Positions 24,696-37,439 of a stretch of DNA of 64,000 nucleotides are shown here, piece by piece. How positions within the stretch are numbered: the first letter of the stretch is position 1; each line of letters opens with the position of its first letter. Origin of the DNA: Lingula anatina. Its lineage: Eukaryota > Animalia > Brachiopoda. Location of the stretch: NCBI GenBank assembly GCA_051362555.1, contig CM120641.1, positions 30,138,401 to 30,202,400 of the forward strand, in the 5' to 3' direction. The notes below the pieces were generated by a model, which did not search any database, was not told where the DNA came from, and saw only the letters and a list, made by a program, of their open reading frames with translations. Both the position numbers and the translations under genes were made by a program.

Positions 24696-25777
24696 ATTGT
24701 GACATCAACAGTTGCTATTGCATTATGATAATACATTGAACATTGTGACATCAACAATTGCTGTTGCATTATGGTAAGACACTGAACATTGTGACATCAA
24801 CAATTGCTGTTGTATTATGGTAAGACATTGAACATTGTGACATCAATAGTTGCTGTTGGATTATGGGAATACATTGAACATTGTGACATCAACAGTTGCT
24901 ATTGCATTATGGGAATACATTGAACATTGTGACATCAACAATTGCTGTTGCATTATGGTAAGACATTGAACATTGTGACATCAACAATTGCTGTTGCATT
25001 ATGGTAAGACATTGAACATTGTGACATCAACAATTGCTGTTGCATTATGGGAATACATTGAACATTGTGACATCAACAATTGCTGTAGCATTATGGTAAG
25101 ACATTGAACATTGTGACATCAACAATTGCTGTTGTATTATGGAAAGACATTGAAGATTGTGACATCAACAATTGCTGTTGTATTATGGAAAGATATTGAA
25201 GATTGTGACATCAACAATTGCTGTTGTATTATGTGAAGACATTGAAGATTGTGACATCAACAATTGCTGTTGTATTATGGGAAGACATAATTTGAAGAAT
25301 GGGTGATTCGTTGAGTGTAATTTTCATTTCCAGTTGGCGGCAGCAGAAGCATTTATATCTTTCACATATTGACATTTTCAGGGTGTGACTTTGAACTTTA
25401 TTTGGCTTGAATACCTTTGCAAGTCATATTTTCTGAATAACCATGATACTTTTATTTTATTATTAAAAATTGATGGTTATTATGCTGTTTAGCATTATGT
25501 AATATATAATCAAAATTAAAGAAAAAATTGATTTTGGGCACTGCCTCCATAGAGACCATTAAAAACTCTTACTCTTCTTAAACTTACATGAAAGAAACGT
25601 AGGAGTAAAATACAGCTGGAGTTGGAAAACCAGTTAAATTGGCTTTTTTTTTAATATTTCATATATTGGCATTTTCATTGTGGGACTTAGAACTCGCACG
25701 TGCATGAAGCCCAGTAGTAATCATATTTTTTTAATGTCCATGTTATGAATAGTAGATAATTGGTGGTAATTATACAG

Positions 25778-28092
25778 TTAATTGTACCACCAGCGTTAGC
25801 ACTGGCGGTACACATGGTTTTAGTCCCGTCCGGTCCGTTCCGCTGGCTCCGCAGCCATGTTACCGTTACCGCTTCTCCTCCTAGACGGTAAGGGCCCCCA
25901 TACCCATCTCTTGGATTTAGGTCACTTATAATCTCAACTCGTTCCACGTAAAATTTGGGCTTTGTCGGTATTGGGGTCTAGGTGTGGCATTCATTGCAAT
26001 GCACCCTTGTCCAAAAATGGCAAAATGAAATGCTAATTATCTACCCTACGGAAGGAATTATGGGAAAAATTTCTACAGACTACAAAAGTCATATGTGTAG
26101 ATTTCAAATATGCCCTTGGATTTGACCTTTGACCTTTATTTCAAGGTCAAACGGGCAAAATTTTCAAAAAAATGAATTTTTTTTACGAAAAAAAAATTAT
26201 TTGCGCTGTTATTCAGACACCACACAGACTTAACCAAAAATATTATTGGAAAATGTTACCCTTCAGGTCATCTTTCATATCCTTAAATTTGGGGTCAATC
26301 GGTGCATTTTCACGGGAGTAGCGGCCATAAGATACCGAAACTGAAAACTGTCTCTAATTCAGGAACCGTTAATGCTAGAGACCCATTCTTTTTTGCATTT
26401 TGTAGAGCATGTAAAGCCCAACACTGAAGATGGTCTCTGTTTTTTCTTTATTCCATATGGTTTTCGAGTTACGCTGTATCAAAAAGTACATATTGGTGGT
26501 GAAAGCAAAATGTGCAGTACGGTAATGGATAATAAATTTTAAACTCTGGAAAAATAAAACATAAGGCTTGGTAAAGCAGACAACTTGTGGTCAAAAATGA
26601 CATTATTTCATCAAATTTGAACTTCTAGAACTTCAGAGCACCTCCCATTTCAAGAATTTTGACCAAAATGACCTTTTCTTGATTTTAATTAATTTTTTCT
26701 GTAGGAAATTTATGGCACATTATGGTAACCCCAAAATTATAACATTTAGTCCCTTATATCTCCAAAACTGGCAGAGATAGGTCCATAGTTACTATTGAAG
26801 TTGAATAGGAAGTCATATACTGGCAATCTTACTGTGACCTTGAAATTGACCTTTGACCTACTTTTCACCATGAACTGAACTTTGCAAATTTTGCTTCCCT
26901 TTTATCTCCAAAACTGGCAGAGATAGGTCCATAGTTACTATTGAAGTTGAATAGGAAGTCATATACTGGCAATCTAAATGTGACCTTAAAATTGACCTTT
27001 GACCTACTTTTCACCATGAACTGAACTTTGCAAATTTTGCTTCCCTTTTATCTCCAAAACTGGTAGAGATAGGTCCATAGTTACTATTGAAGTTGAATAG
27101 GAAGTCATATACTGGCAATCTAAATGTGACCTTAAAATTGACCTTTGACCTACTTTTCACCATGAACTGAACTTTGCAAATTTTGCTTCCCTTTTATCTC
27201 CAAAACTGGCAGAGATAGGTCCATAGTTACTATTGAAGTTGACTAGGAAGTCATATACTGGCAATCTTACTGTGACCTTGAAATTGACCTTTGACCTACT
27301 TTTCACCATGAACTGAACTTTGCAAATTTTGCTTCCCTTATATCTCCAAAACTGGCAGAGATAGGTCCATAGTTACTATTGAAGTTGAATAGGAAGTCAT
27401 ATACTGGCAATCTTACTGTGACCTTGAAATTGACCTTTGACCTACTTTTCACCATGAACTGAACTTTGCAAGTTTTGCTTCCCTTCTATCTCCAAAACTG
27501 GTAGAGATAGGCCCATAGCTACTATTGAACTTGAATAGGAAGTCATATACTGGCAATCTAAATGTGACCTTGAAATTGACCTTTGACCTACTATACACCA
27601 TAAACTGAACTTTGCAACTTTTTTATGCTTTGCAACTTTTTAATGCTTTTATTTTCAGAGATACGCCCATAGTTACTATTGAATTTGAATAGAAAGTCAT
27701 TAGAGGCAATTAACTGTGACCTTTGACCTTCTTTTCACCATGAACTGAACTTTGCAAATTTTGCTTCCCTTTTATCTTCAAAACTGGCAGAGAAAAGTCC
27801 ATAGTTACTATTGAACTTGAATAGGAAGACATATACTGGCAATCTTACTGTGACCTTGAAATTGAACTTTGACCTACCTTATGATGAACTTTAATTTGAT
27901 TGTACCATTTTTAGTTATATATATTTTTTGCATATTTTGAAAATTCTTGTTCATTGCATTTTTACAGCTTGTCAAGCACAAGACTGGTGGCTGTGTCCCT
28001 TATTTTGTGTATGTGGGGGTCTGTACGAATGCGCTTGCTCCAGCTGGTGGTACAATATTCGGAGGCGGTATCGCCTCTCTGATCCTCTAGTT
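25778..28092 (+). mobile_element. Complete non-autonomous Helentron (HINE/DINE-1-like)
   Basis: 5' subTIR ATTGTACCACCAGC (25781-25794) within a hairpin, followed by a GTCC-type microsatellite and a central 146-bp array. 3' subTIR GCTGGTGGTACAAT (28043-28056), 3' hairpin GAGGCG-gtat-CGCCTC, terminal CTAGTT, TT context, no TSD. Confidence 0.85.
26755..27885. repeat. 146-bp tandem array (~7.7 copies) inside the HINE
   Basis: TCCAAAACTGG recurs at 26761, 26907, 27053 and onward. Most units contain TGACCTTTGACCT. Confidence 0.95.
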
Positions 28093-28222
28093 ATAATTAT
28101 ACTGCTGGCTTAAAGTTTAAAATGGGTGATTTTTGGAAGATGGACAGGAAAAACATATTTTCGTTATTAATTTACTCGTATGATTTCAGAAGTAAAACAA
28201 GCATTCATGCCCAAACACATGT

Positions 28223-28225
<3 letters not shown>

Positions 28226-28263
<38 letters not shown>
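28226..28263. repeat. (CA)n microsatellite (others at ~32686-32743, ~34104-34148)
   Basis: Direct reading. Confidence 0.95.
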
Positions 28264-28264
<1 letters not shown>

Positions 28265-29142
28265 CATTGCCGCATTCTAACAGATACCTTGGCTTTGTAA
28301 AGTCTAAAGATATGTGAGTTCCCTTTCTTTTCATTTTTATGAAAATTGCCTAAGTGTTATAATTTTAATGTAGTCATTTATATATTTTCAAGCTGCAATG
28401 TTTCACAAGTCCATGATGAAGAAAATATTTCCTGTGATTGGCCAGAGGTAGCCATGAAGGATTCTGTATTTAGAAAAGTCTTTGAATTCCAAGAAAAAGA
28501 GGAGGTAGGACGAAAGGGAGCTGTGATCAATAGCAGAGGTGAGGAAACCATGTGATTAACAGATATTATGGAAGCTATTGGCAAATGCAAAATTGCATAA
28601 TATCACTGTAAGACTGATCAATCCTCACTGTCAGCTAAACATTTTTAAATATTTGTGTATAGAAAAGATCTTTCAGAAAAATTGTGAAATAGTTATTTCA
28701 TTTATTGATTGTGGCAGTTGATAAAGATTTATTTTGTAAAATGTATATTAAATAAATTATTGGATAATTTTCCCAAACTCATGACTAATTTAAATGAAAA
28801 CAATTATTTATTTCAAGAATTGGTATAAAATCTGTAGGTATCATTATGTGGATATAAAGAAGGGTTGTGTAATGATCCTCTTTAGCACAGAGTTCAGAGA
28901 CCTAGATAATGTCAACACTGGAAAGGTGTTTATGTAGGTGAGTCATGAGTTTGTAAAAACAATATGCACTGCCTGTTGTTTTATCACTATGAAATTAGTT
29001 TAGAAGAATTCCTGCTGTATGGCAATTCCATTGCATAGTTTTTAAATTGTCTTCAGTTATCGGTTATAGAAAAGGATTCAAAGAATTATTAAAATTTCGA
29101 GTTATTACCATAATTTCTAAATGATGTACATTATTTCACGTA

Positions 29143-29318
29143 CTAGATGTCTGTCATGCCTACTAAACCTGCTAGGGGGTAATTAATTATTGTTTAGCAG
29201 GTTCAGTAGGTGTGTCAGACATCTAATTAAGCCACTTAAGCTGAAAGCAATTGAGTGAGAAACCCTTTGGAGATGGATCGATCCTATTAGATTGATCTAG
29301 GTATGGGAACCCAGTCTT
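29143..29318. mobile_element. Partial foldback MITE (centre + one arm); the opposite arm occurs inverted at 30538-30653
   Basis: Palindrome TAGATGTCTGTCATGCCTACTAAACCTGCTA...TAGCAGGTTCAGTAGGTGTGTCAGACATCTA. Shares AGGGGGTAATTAA with the reverse complement of the 14.6-kb MITE. Confidence 0.55.
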
Positions 29319-30020
29319 AATATTTGCTATGTCTAAAGGTTGATGTTCTAATAGATAATATTTTCTCCTATTACATAATATTAATATTATATGAATCAAT
29401 ATTATATAACCTATTTGGGTTTTATATAAATATGATGATGGTTTACTCATACTGCCAGTGTTAATAAATGGTTGTGTTCAGTTGATAGATTAAAATGTTG
29501 AAAGAGTACAGACACAGTAGTATTGATGACTGGCCAAAAAATTAAACCAAACCAAACTAAAAGATTTGGAACAATGAAAAAACAAATTTTACTTCTATTA
29601 TAGACAGACCATACCTGCTGAGGTGAAAATATCTGATTTTTTAAAAGTATTTTACAATTCTTGTGTCACATACCTCTTATGCCTATAAATGAATCTGCTT
29701 CATATAGCGTAGAAGATATTTGTTTGATGTGTGTATTTGTGTGTATATATTCTGATCTCTATGGGCTCATTCTCACAGATACCATAGATCTACTTAGAGT
29801 GATCCAACTCTGTGCCTGGACTCTCACCAAGTGCAATCAGCTTAATTGAATGACGTGTCTCCGCAGGCATTGAATAGAATACAAAATAGCTGCTGATTAT
29901 GCAAATATGTTGGAAACAAGAGGAGACATGTCATTCACTTAAGCTGTTTGCACTCAGCAAGAGTCCCTGCAAAGGTACGATCGATGTCAGATTTGTTGTT
30001 TAGTTGATTTTTCTCTTCAG

Positions 30021-30198
30021 AATTTTGGCACATTTCTTGTGGAAGTAGTGAGCAAGGACCAGAAATTATGGGTGGTTACTGTGACTCTGGACACCGTTGA
30101 TCATCTGTACCTGTTGTCATGGAGATCAGGGTAACCGACAAACTCCAGACCATATGGTACCACAGCTGACAGCTAAGGTAAAACTACTCCCTGTGGTT

Positions 30199-30229
<31 letters not shown>

Positions 30230-30525
30230 TTAATCAAAACAACTTAAGAACTTTATCAGCAGCAAATCCATCATCTGCATAGTGAACAATATAAAAAAGC
30301 GTCATGTTTTGATTCCTGCAGTTGGGTATTTAATATATTTTTTTTACAGTGTAATAATATCTTTATTTCAAGACATATTGATCAATTAAAGCAATGGATA
30401 TCTTCCGAAAGAATATTGTGAAAATTTTCCAGATTCATCAACAGAAAAGCAGCCTGGGAGCCCACATTCCTATCAGTATGACAGCAAGGACAAATCTGGT
30501 TCAGTTCATCAAATACAAGTCTTGA
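30021..30525 (+). pseudogene. HEATR3: HEATR3-like last two exons (30021-30177 frameshifted; 30433-30525)
   Basis: NFGTFLVEVVSKDQKLWVVTVTLDT resembles recalled human [25 protein letters not shown]. The exon is 157 nt with broken frame, ending MVPQLTAK|GT. Terminal exon IHQQKSSLGAHIPISMTARTNLVQFIKYKS* resembles ...KMNLRRFIAYQE. Canonical AG/GT sites; a more decayed exon probably ends at 29974. Confidence 0.8.
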
Positions 30526-31479
30526 CCAGTAGATTAACTTAGACCTGTTTCCGTACCAAGATTGATCTGACAGGATTGACCCATCTCTGAGGGAATTCTC
30601 ACTAAATTTGAGTTCAGATTAAGCAGCTTAGATGTCTGCCACACCTACTGAACTTTACATCAATCGAAATCAAGTGAAGTCCAATGCGTTTAATTCTTAA
30701 AAATTAAAAGATGATATACATATCGTACACTTTGATGTTGTGAAAAACTCAAAAACTGGATTAAGGAAGGAAAGGAAGCCAATGTTCAGATTTACGCATT
30801 GGATATTATTTTCAGAAATGATGATAAAATAAATCTACTAATTTCTCAGGTAAATAAATACATTTACAGAAAATCAAAAATTGGAGGGCATCTGTAATTC
30901 AGTGACATGGAATGTTTTCTGAACTAAAAAATAATGCTTTGCTTGTCTTTATATGTATTTATTTTACACAGTAGTTACATGTAGCACGCAATAAAGAGGC
31001 ATGGTAGGGTATACGGATATGTATGTGTAGGTATGTTTTTGAAAATTGTGTATGTGAAAAGTGATTGTACTGCACATTTTAATGCTTATTTCTTAAGTCT
31101 AATTAAAGAAAATATACATTCTATTTTATACATTCTATAATATACATCTTTAATAATCCTTACATAGAATACGTGTTTAAATGTTTGTACGATGTATAGT
31201 TTATTTATTTTAAGATTAATTATTAAAAGTAAAAGTTCAATAAAATAGATTTAGAAAAAGAATTTACTTTAAAAATTTTTAATGTAAATCAGAAGTCAAA
31301 TATTGGTGTATTGGAATTAAGTAATTATTAAAGTGCTTCATTTATTGTTAATAAAAGTCATGTGCTGGCTTCTTGCCTGACGTCCGAAATGACTTTAAAT
31401 AAGAATCGCTATTATTATTATTGTTATTATTATTATTATGCTTTTTCAAACTTTTTCACATAATGTGTCCCACGGGGTA

Positions 31480-31745
31480 TACGTATTTTCGAATTTGTTA
31501 CCTGTGTAAGCCACTTTTTATTTCCCCGTGATGCGTGAAATGCTCATGTCATTTAGAGTGGTCTGTGAAGCATCCCATTCCCGTGACTCATGAATGTGCC
31601 GCTTTATTCTTTGCCCTTTGTGAAACGAAGTATTGTACTCGGTGATTCGTGATTATCAAGAATTTCAATTTGCATAATCAGTGAGATATGATTCAAGTTT
31701 TATTTGTAAATTAATGATTTTATTTCCCATGAACCGTGATCACCC
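31480..31745. repeat. Dispersed repeat rich in CCGTGA/TCGTGA motifs; second copy at ~36345-36510
   Basis: Shared AAGCCACTTTTTA...CGTGAAA...GTGAAGCA(T/C)CCCATTCC(C/T)GTGACT...TGAATGTG. Confidence 0.7.
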
Positions 31746-32234
31746 CCCCCCCCACACACACACACACACACACCAATGGTACCCTCAATTAAAATTAAAA
31801 AGAAAGAAAAATAAAACTCTTTTGGTTACAAAAATTAATGTTTATTGTAAAATTAAGAGAATGACATTTTGAAGGTTTTCAACTGGCTGCTACAGAGACA
31901 ATAATAGTTCTGGACTGACGATCGTAAAAAATAAAAGATGAAAATATTAGTAATTCAGTTAAAATGTATTAGCTGTAAAAAAGATGTTGACGGTACCACC
32001 AGCTCCTGACTGCTATGATATATTTAATGCTTTTATGTACAAGTTTTACCAGCTAAATAACATACTTTTCCTCTAAATAACTGAAAGAAAATCCGTCCCA
32101 TTACTATGAGAGGAAGATCCAAAATTAAGGGTGGTTGGCTGGGTGAAAAGACGAGCGTCCACGTACTGGAAACAGAAGGTGACAATTTCCAAAGAAGTTA
32201 CATTTTTTAATTAAAAAAAGTGATACACTGGAGA

Positions 32235-32709
32235 ATACTCGTACTTTACTCGTATTGAACTTTTTCATCCTCTTTTTTAGCTAATCTATCTGCCACTGTG
32301 AAGAATATTTTAAGTGAACGTTCAAAGGTAAAATGTGCCACAGGCTGCGGTGTATGGTTTATGACGCTGTCTCAACCATGATTGTGACGGCCTCCACAAA
32401 AAAAAAAAAAAAAAAATCACCCAAGTGTGTTAGTGAAGACAACGTGAGACGGGGCTGGGGGAATAAAGATGTTATTCAAGTAATAAGTCATGACTCGTCA
32501 CTTGTACTGCACGTTAGATGAAAAATGGAAAGTGTTATGACGGACTCAAGCAAACTGTAACTGTACCTGGGTCCGGATTGCTCAGTGCTTTGCCTGGGGG
32601 TGGTTGGTCGGGGGAGGAGGTAAAGAGTCAGCCCATGTAGGCCTATCAGGAGAGTTTATCACTCCGCTGAAACTGTGTTACAGCATGCACGCACGCACAC
32701 AAACACACG

Positions 32710-32746
<37 letters not shown>

Positions 32747-34015
32747 AAGGCTTGTTTTGTTTTATAAACAAGAGATAATCTTTGTGTGCAGTTCATTCGT
32801 CTGACCAGAAGCTCCAGCTTTGAAATGAAGTAATTGTTTCGATTTTTATTCATGTCTCGGCCAAATCTTCTCTTATTAGCCTTGAACTCTTTTTTATCCC
32901 CTTCTCTTATTTATTTATTTGTTTATCTGTGAAAATTTTTTAAGTAAACAATCTCTATTCACAAGGGAAATGTACCGCAGGCTGTTATGTTTTAATTTTG
33001 ATGCTGTCTCAACCATAATTGTGACGGACTCCACAAATATCACCCAACTGTGTTAGGGAAGACATAACGTGAGACAGGTGGGGGGGGGGAGATGTTCTTA
33101 AAGTAATGAAATAATAATTCATGGGTACTGTTGGAAAACTATTTTAATTTAAGAGTAAATTTCTTGAAACTTACATATATACTGTACGGTAGATTAAAAA
33201 GCAATGTGATGAAACCAGCCTTCAACAAAATATCCAGTGTTATGAGGGACGTGAGCGGATGCCATATTAATATATTTAATGAGATGTGTGTACGACACGA
33301 CATGGTCAAAATATGGAAATCAAGTGGGCCATATGCAACGCCGGCGTCAAGCCAGAACACTTCGCCGCTCTCTACCCGTTCAATGCCCCTTGCCGTAAAA
33401 ATCTGCATACAAACACAGGCGATGCTCATTCCATTGCAATAAATGAAGAGCAAAATTAAGGACTGAAAATATTTCTCTGGGATATACAACATTGGTCAAA
33501 AAGGTTGTCCCACCCTCAGTATCATGTGCTTTTATTTATAAATGATCACATCACAGGTGAAGATTGTTATAAATAGTGATTTTCATTCCAGATACCACAA
33601 CTAACATGATTATTGATACAGCAAATACAAGCTATCGGTGAAGATATCAATATTTAATACCATTTATTCACATTTATTACATGTACCCCCTCAAATCCGA
33701 CGTTTCTCTGTGATTTTCACAGGGGCAAAGAAATGTCCATTAAATTAAAATGACATCACCAAATGTCACCAAATTTACACAATTTAGCATTAGGGTGTGC
33801 TCGTTAAAGGCCACGTGTCTAATATGTATGAGATATTTGTATAGGAAAATAAAATTTCACTGACGCAATAAGTCATGGGCAGTGATGACATGCTATTTAA
33901 ACTTAAAATTAAAGGCCATCACTTGTACTGATGGGTAGATGAAAAATTTAGTAATATGATGGACTCTAGCAAACTGTAACTGTACCTAGGACGCAGATTG
34001 GTCGGTGCTTGGCAC

Positions 34016-34046
<31 letters not shown>

Positions 34047-34690
34047 ATTGTCAGTAGATGTGTCAGGAGAGTTTACGACTATGATAAAAAGTGTGTTACA
34101 GCATACACGCACACACACACACACACACAGACACACACACACACACACTAGGCTGGTTTTGTTGTATTTGAAACCAAATGGAAGAGCGCAGTGGTAAATA
34201 CATTTACGGTGTGCTGGTTAATTCGCGCGGATTATGTGGTATAGATGGGTGTTAGAGCTAAAAGATCTGCGGGTAAGGTTAGTTAACGCCTAGAATCCAT
34301 TGATAAGGCCTGGCAGCTCCTGCTTTTAAACGAAGTGATTATTTTTTAACGTCTTTGCTAAATCTACTTTACTCGTATTGGCCTTTTTAAAGTTAAAACT
34401 CTTTTTCATTCCCCTTTTTTAGCTAATCTATCTGCCACTGTGAAGAATATTTTAAGTGAACAACCTTTGTTCATAAGAAAAATGTGCCACAGGCTGCGGT
34501 GTCTGGTTTATGACGCTGTCTCAACCATGATTGTGACGAACTCCACAAAATCCACACAATTGTGTTAGTGAAGACAACGTGAGACACTTACGGGGCTGGG
34601 GGAGTAAAGATGTTCTCCAAGTAATAATTCATGGATAGTGTTGGAAAGCTATTTTTAAGAGTTAATGTCGTGAATCTAACATATACTATA
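32235..34690. repeat. Local diverged duplications (32240-32480 ~ 34365-34625 ~ 32870-33130; 32500-32765 ~ 33920-34180)
   Basis: Recurring TTTTTTAGCTAATCTATCTGCCACTGTGAAGAATATTTTAAGTGAAC, GCTGTCTCAACCAT(G/A)ATTGTGACG and GCAAACTGTAACTGTACCT. Confidence 0.8.
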
Positions 34691-35012
34691 CTATACTATA
34701 CTAGGCCTACCCAACTACCAGAATGGGCACCGAATGATCCTGAATTCACTGGTAGATCAGATGGGGAATTTTTTGTCTCTGCGTCTGCTTGTCCGTATCA
34801 CAATTTGATTGACGTTTGTTTATATAATCTGTCAATCAAGCTGTTATTACCTGACGGGATCGTCAAAACTGAATGATTTGATTTGCACGTTGTCGATCAA
34901 ATAGTGAAGGAAGCTGAAACTTTACATGCTCGACAACTGTAGTTATCAACTGCGTAATTATCAAAGTCGTGTGCTTTTGACAGCTTCCGTCAAAGTTGAA
35001 TTAAACCGTATG

Positions 35013-35180
35013 CAGGGGCGGATTCAGGGCGTCTTCTGGGTCTTCCGGAAGACGGTCAGATTTTCAAGTTTACATTCACGGGTATCTAATTTTTTCTGTC
35101 GGAAGACGGTCAAAAATGAAGAATGGAGCAACAAAGATAATTTGGAAGACTGTCAGAAAATATCTCTGAATCCGCTCCTG
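35013..35180. mobile_element. 168-bp MITE, hAT-like TIR with 5-bp TSD
   Basis: TIR CAGGGGCGGATTCAG / CTGAATCCGCTCCTG; GTATG on both sides. Confidence 0.8.
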
Positions 35181-35471
35181 GTATGAGTTTGATTGGCACC
35201 TGTCTATCACAACACTTTTGTTACTTTTATTTAAATAGTACATTTTGCCATCCAGCTCTATCCAGTCTCAATTCCTACCCGTCCTGATACACTGTAGGTA
35301 CGTCTCGACAGATACCTCTTGACAAATAACGACACCCGGCACTGTAAACCCATAAATGTACCGATAAATGCACGTGCCGACAGAATAATAGCCTAGAGTC
35401 TGCTTTTGAAAATGGAGCTTCTTAAAAATTATAGAAATCACAACCCAGAGAGTACATGGTATCTGATAACA

Positions 35472-35638
35472 CAGGCCCGTAGCCAGCAATTTTAAAGGGG
35501 GGGTTCTTTTTCTGAAAAAGTGGACCTTTTACCATATAATCCCCATGTACCTAGGTCAAATTTTACACAGAGTGGACCTTTTTCCAGCAAAAAGGGGGGT
35601 TCTTTCGAACCCCCGAACCCCCCCTGGCTACGGGCCTG
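35472..35638. mobile_element. 167-bp MITE, hAT-like TIR with 5-bp TSD
   Basis: Perfect TIR CAGGCCCGTAGCCAG; TAACA on both sides. Confidence 0.85.
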
Positions 35639-37439
35639 TAACATAACAGTAAAGATTACAGGCACACGTACTGAAACATCAGTGGTCGTCATAGGTAAAT
35701 GTTCTGACAAGCTCACCTTATTTACTTGTTATTAAATAAAGATTATTTCTTGTGATTAAACATCAATTACCATTATTTGAGGGTCATGGGGAAGACACAT
35801 TTACCATGTTTTACCCTCAGTAACTAAATTTCAATGACTAAATTAAAACTTCGCCTTGATATTTATTATAGAAAGCATTATATTTACCCTCGACCTTGAA
35901 GTTTGATACAGTTTACCATACAAACATTGACAGCGTTGCTAGCTCTTTAATGTTACTTTATTCTTTATTCAGACTTGTGCTGTGTAAAAAAAGACATACG
36001 GAGATATTTGCGCCTCAATATATACTAAGCTCCATAAAAACATGTAATTTGATCATATAAATTTTGAAAGTTCCCTGTCACAAAATGCGTCCTTACTCTG
36101 AAATACTGGTACAGCCTGAGAACATGCGTTTTTCAGGCGTCTTGATTGGTAATTTGGTGCATGGGGGGGGGGGGGGGGGGGGGGGGAGGGGTAACATCTT
36201 CAACTTTGCAAAAGTGATATTCTAAGAGTAGGTATTGTAGCAAAAGTAATATTCTAAGAGTAGGTATTGTAGCTGAATTTTCGTTCGCAAAGGTAATAAA
36301 AACATTTGGAAATATTGTTCGTACTCTGGTTATCACATCCCCATACTAGGTATTTTGCTTGCCCTTGAAAGCCACTTTTTACCTCCCAAGATTCGTGAAA
36401 CGTTCATTTTATTTAGCGTGAAGCACCCCATTCCTGTGACTAGTGAATGTGGCTTTTTTATTTTCCGTTATTCGTGAAACAAAGTCATTATATTTATGCA
36501 CGGTGATTCTCAGTGGTGCCCTCTCATACGGCAGCTGGGCTGTATCCTCCCGAGAGAGGTGAGAATATTTACACCTAGTCTGAATCAGTAAACAAAAAAC
36601 GCATCTTGTCTTCTCTAACACAACCCAGCACAGGGGAATTTTTTTTCGGGGGGGGGGGGGGGGGTGAAACAGCCAGCCAAATAATTTGACATCAAACTTA
36701 ATGGTTGATAACATTATTTTTGCCATTATTTTTGCAATTATGATGGTAGAAAGCCTTAATCCCGGGATTAGGACGCCTTGCGCCATATCAAATAACAAAA
36801 ACAAGTTTAAATCGAAACTTGTGTTCAAAAAGCGGGTGCCCTGTACATTATTATGTAATACAAGTGAGCATTTCGGTGAGAGGTGTTCAGGTAGCACCAA
36901 GGTCAGTAGAAGATGGAGAAGACAGAGGTCCTTGGTACGTTGCTGCAATTTCCACATGTAGGCCAAAAATTTAGCACAGAAAATGACAGGAAGCTGTCGT
37001 AGTATTGTATAGATGATATAAGATAACGCTGTGTATTTTGTGTAGACGACGTTTGCCCAAATAATGCGTTTCGCACAGGGACATTTTAATCCTTATGACT
37101 GTGGGGACATTACACTTATGTCCAATACACTCTCCATTAGAATTTCAAAATCAGCTCAGAGTTTGAATGATTTATTTTCTGTAATTTCAGAGAAGGAACG
37201 CACTTGACAATGAGGAAGTGAGAGGCTTATTGCCGCTGTCCAAAGGTCTGAACAAGTCCTCAACAAGTAATACGACTGGACAGGTATCTACATTCTCCTA
37301 ATTGTTTTATTGGTGAGGTCATTGACCTGTTTTCAAAGTATCAAAAATATCATGTTTATAAAAGTAAACTTCAAACAGACAAATGCACGTTTAGTAACAA
37401 CATGTTGAACTATTGTGTCATTGCATTCCTGGAAACGAC

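Larger units (their letters stand above)
17490..25288. repeat. 46-bp minisatellite (~54 copies; 17490-19338, 24037-24098, 24700-25288), split by two insertions
   Basis: Consensus GGAAAGACATTGAACATTGTGACATCAACAATTGCTGTTGTATTAT, head-to-tail with no spacers. Confidence 0.97.

Noticed and set aside
17490-25288. Palindromic 46-bp repeats resembling a CRISPR array
   Set aside because: Head-to-tail with no unique spacers, no cas genes, eukaryotic context.
28346-28600. Purine-rich ORF (…KDSVFRKVFEFQEKEE…) as a further HEATR3 exon
   Set aside because: Only a faint resemblance, an in-frame stop, and no clear splice boundaries.
36515-36600. Possible SINE core fragment (CGGCAGCTGGGCTGTATCCTCCC)
   Set aside because: Resemblance from memory only; no tRNA head, tail or TSD seen.
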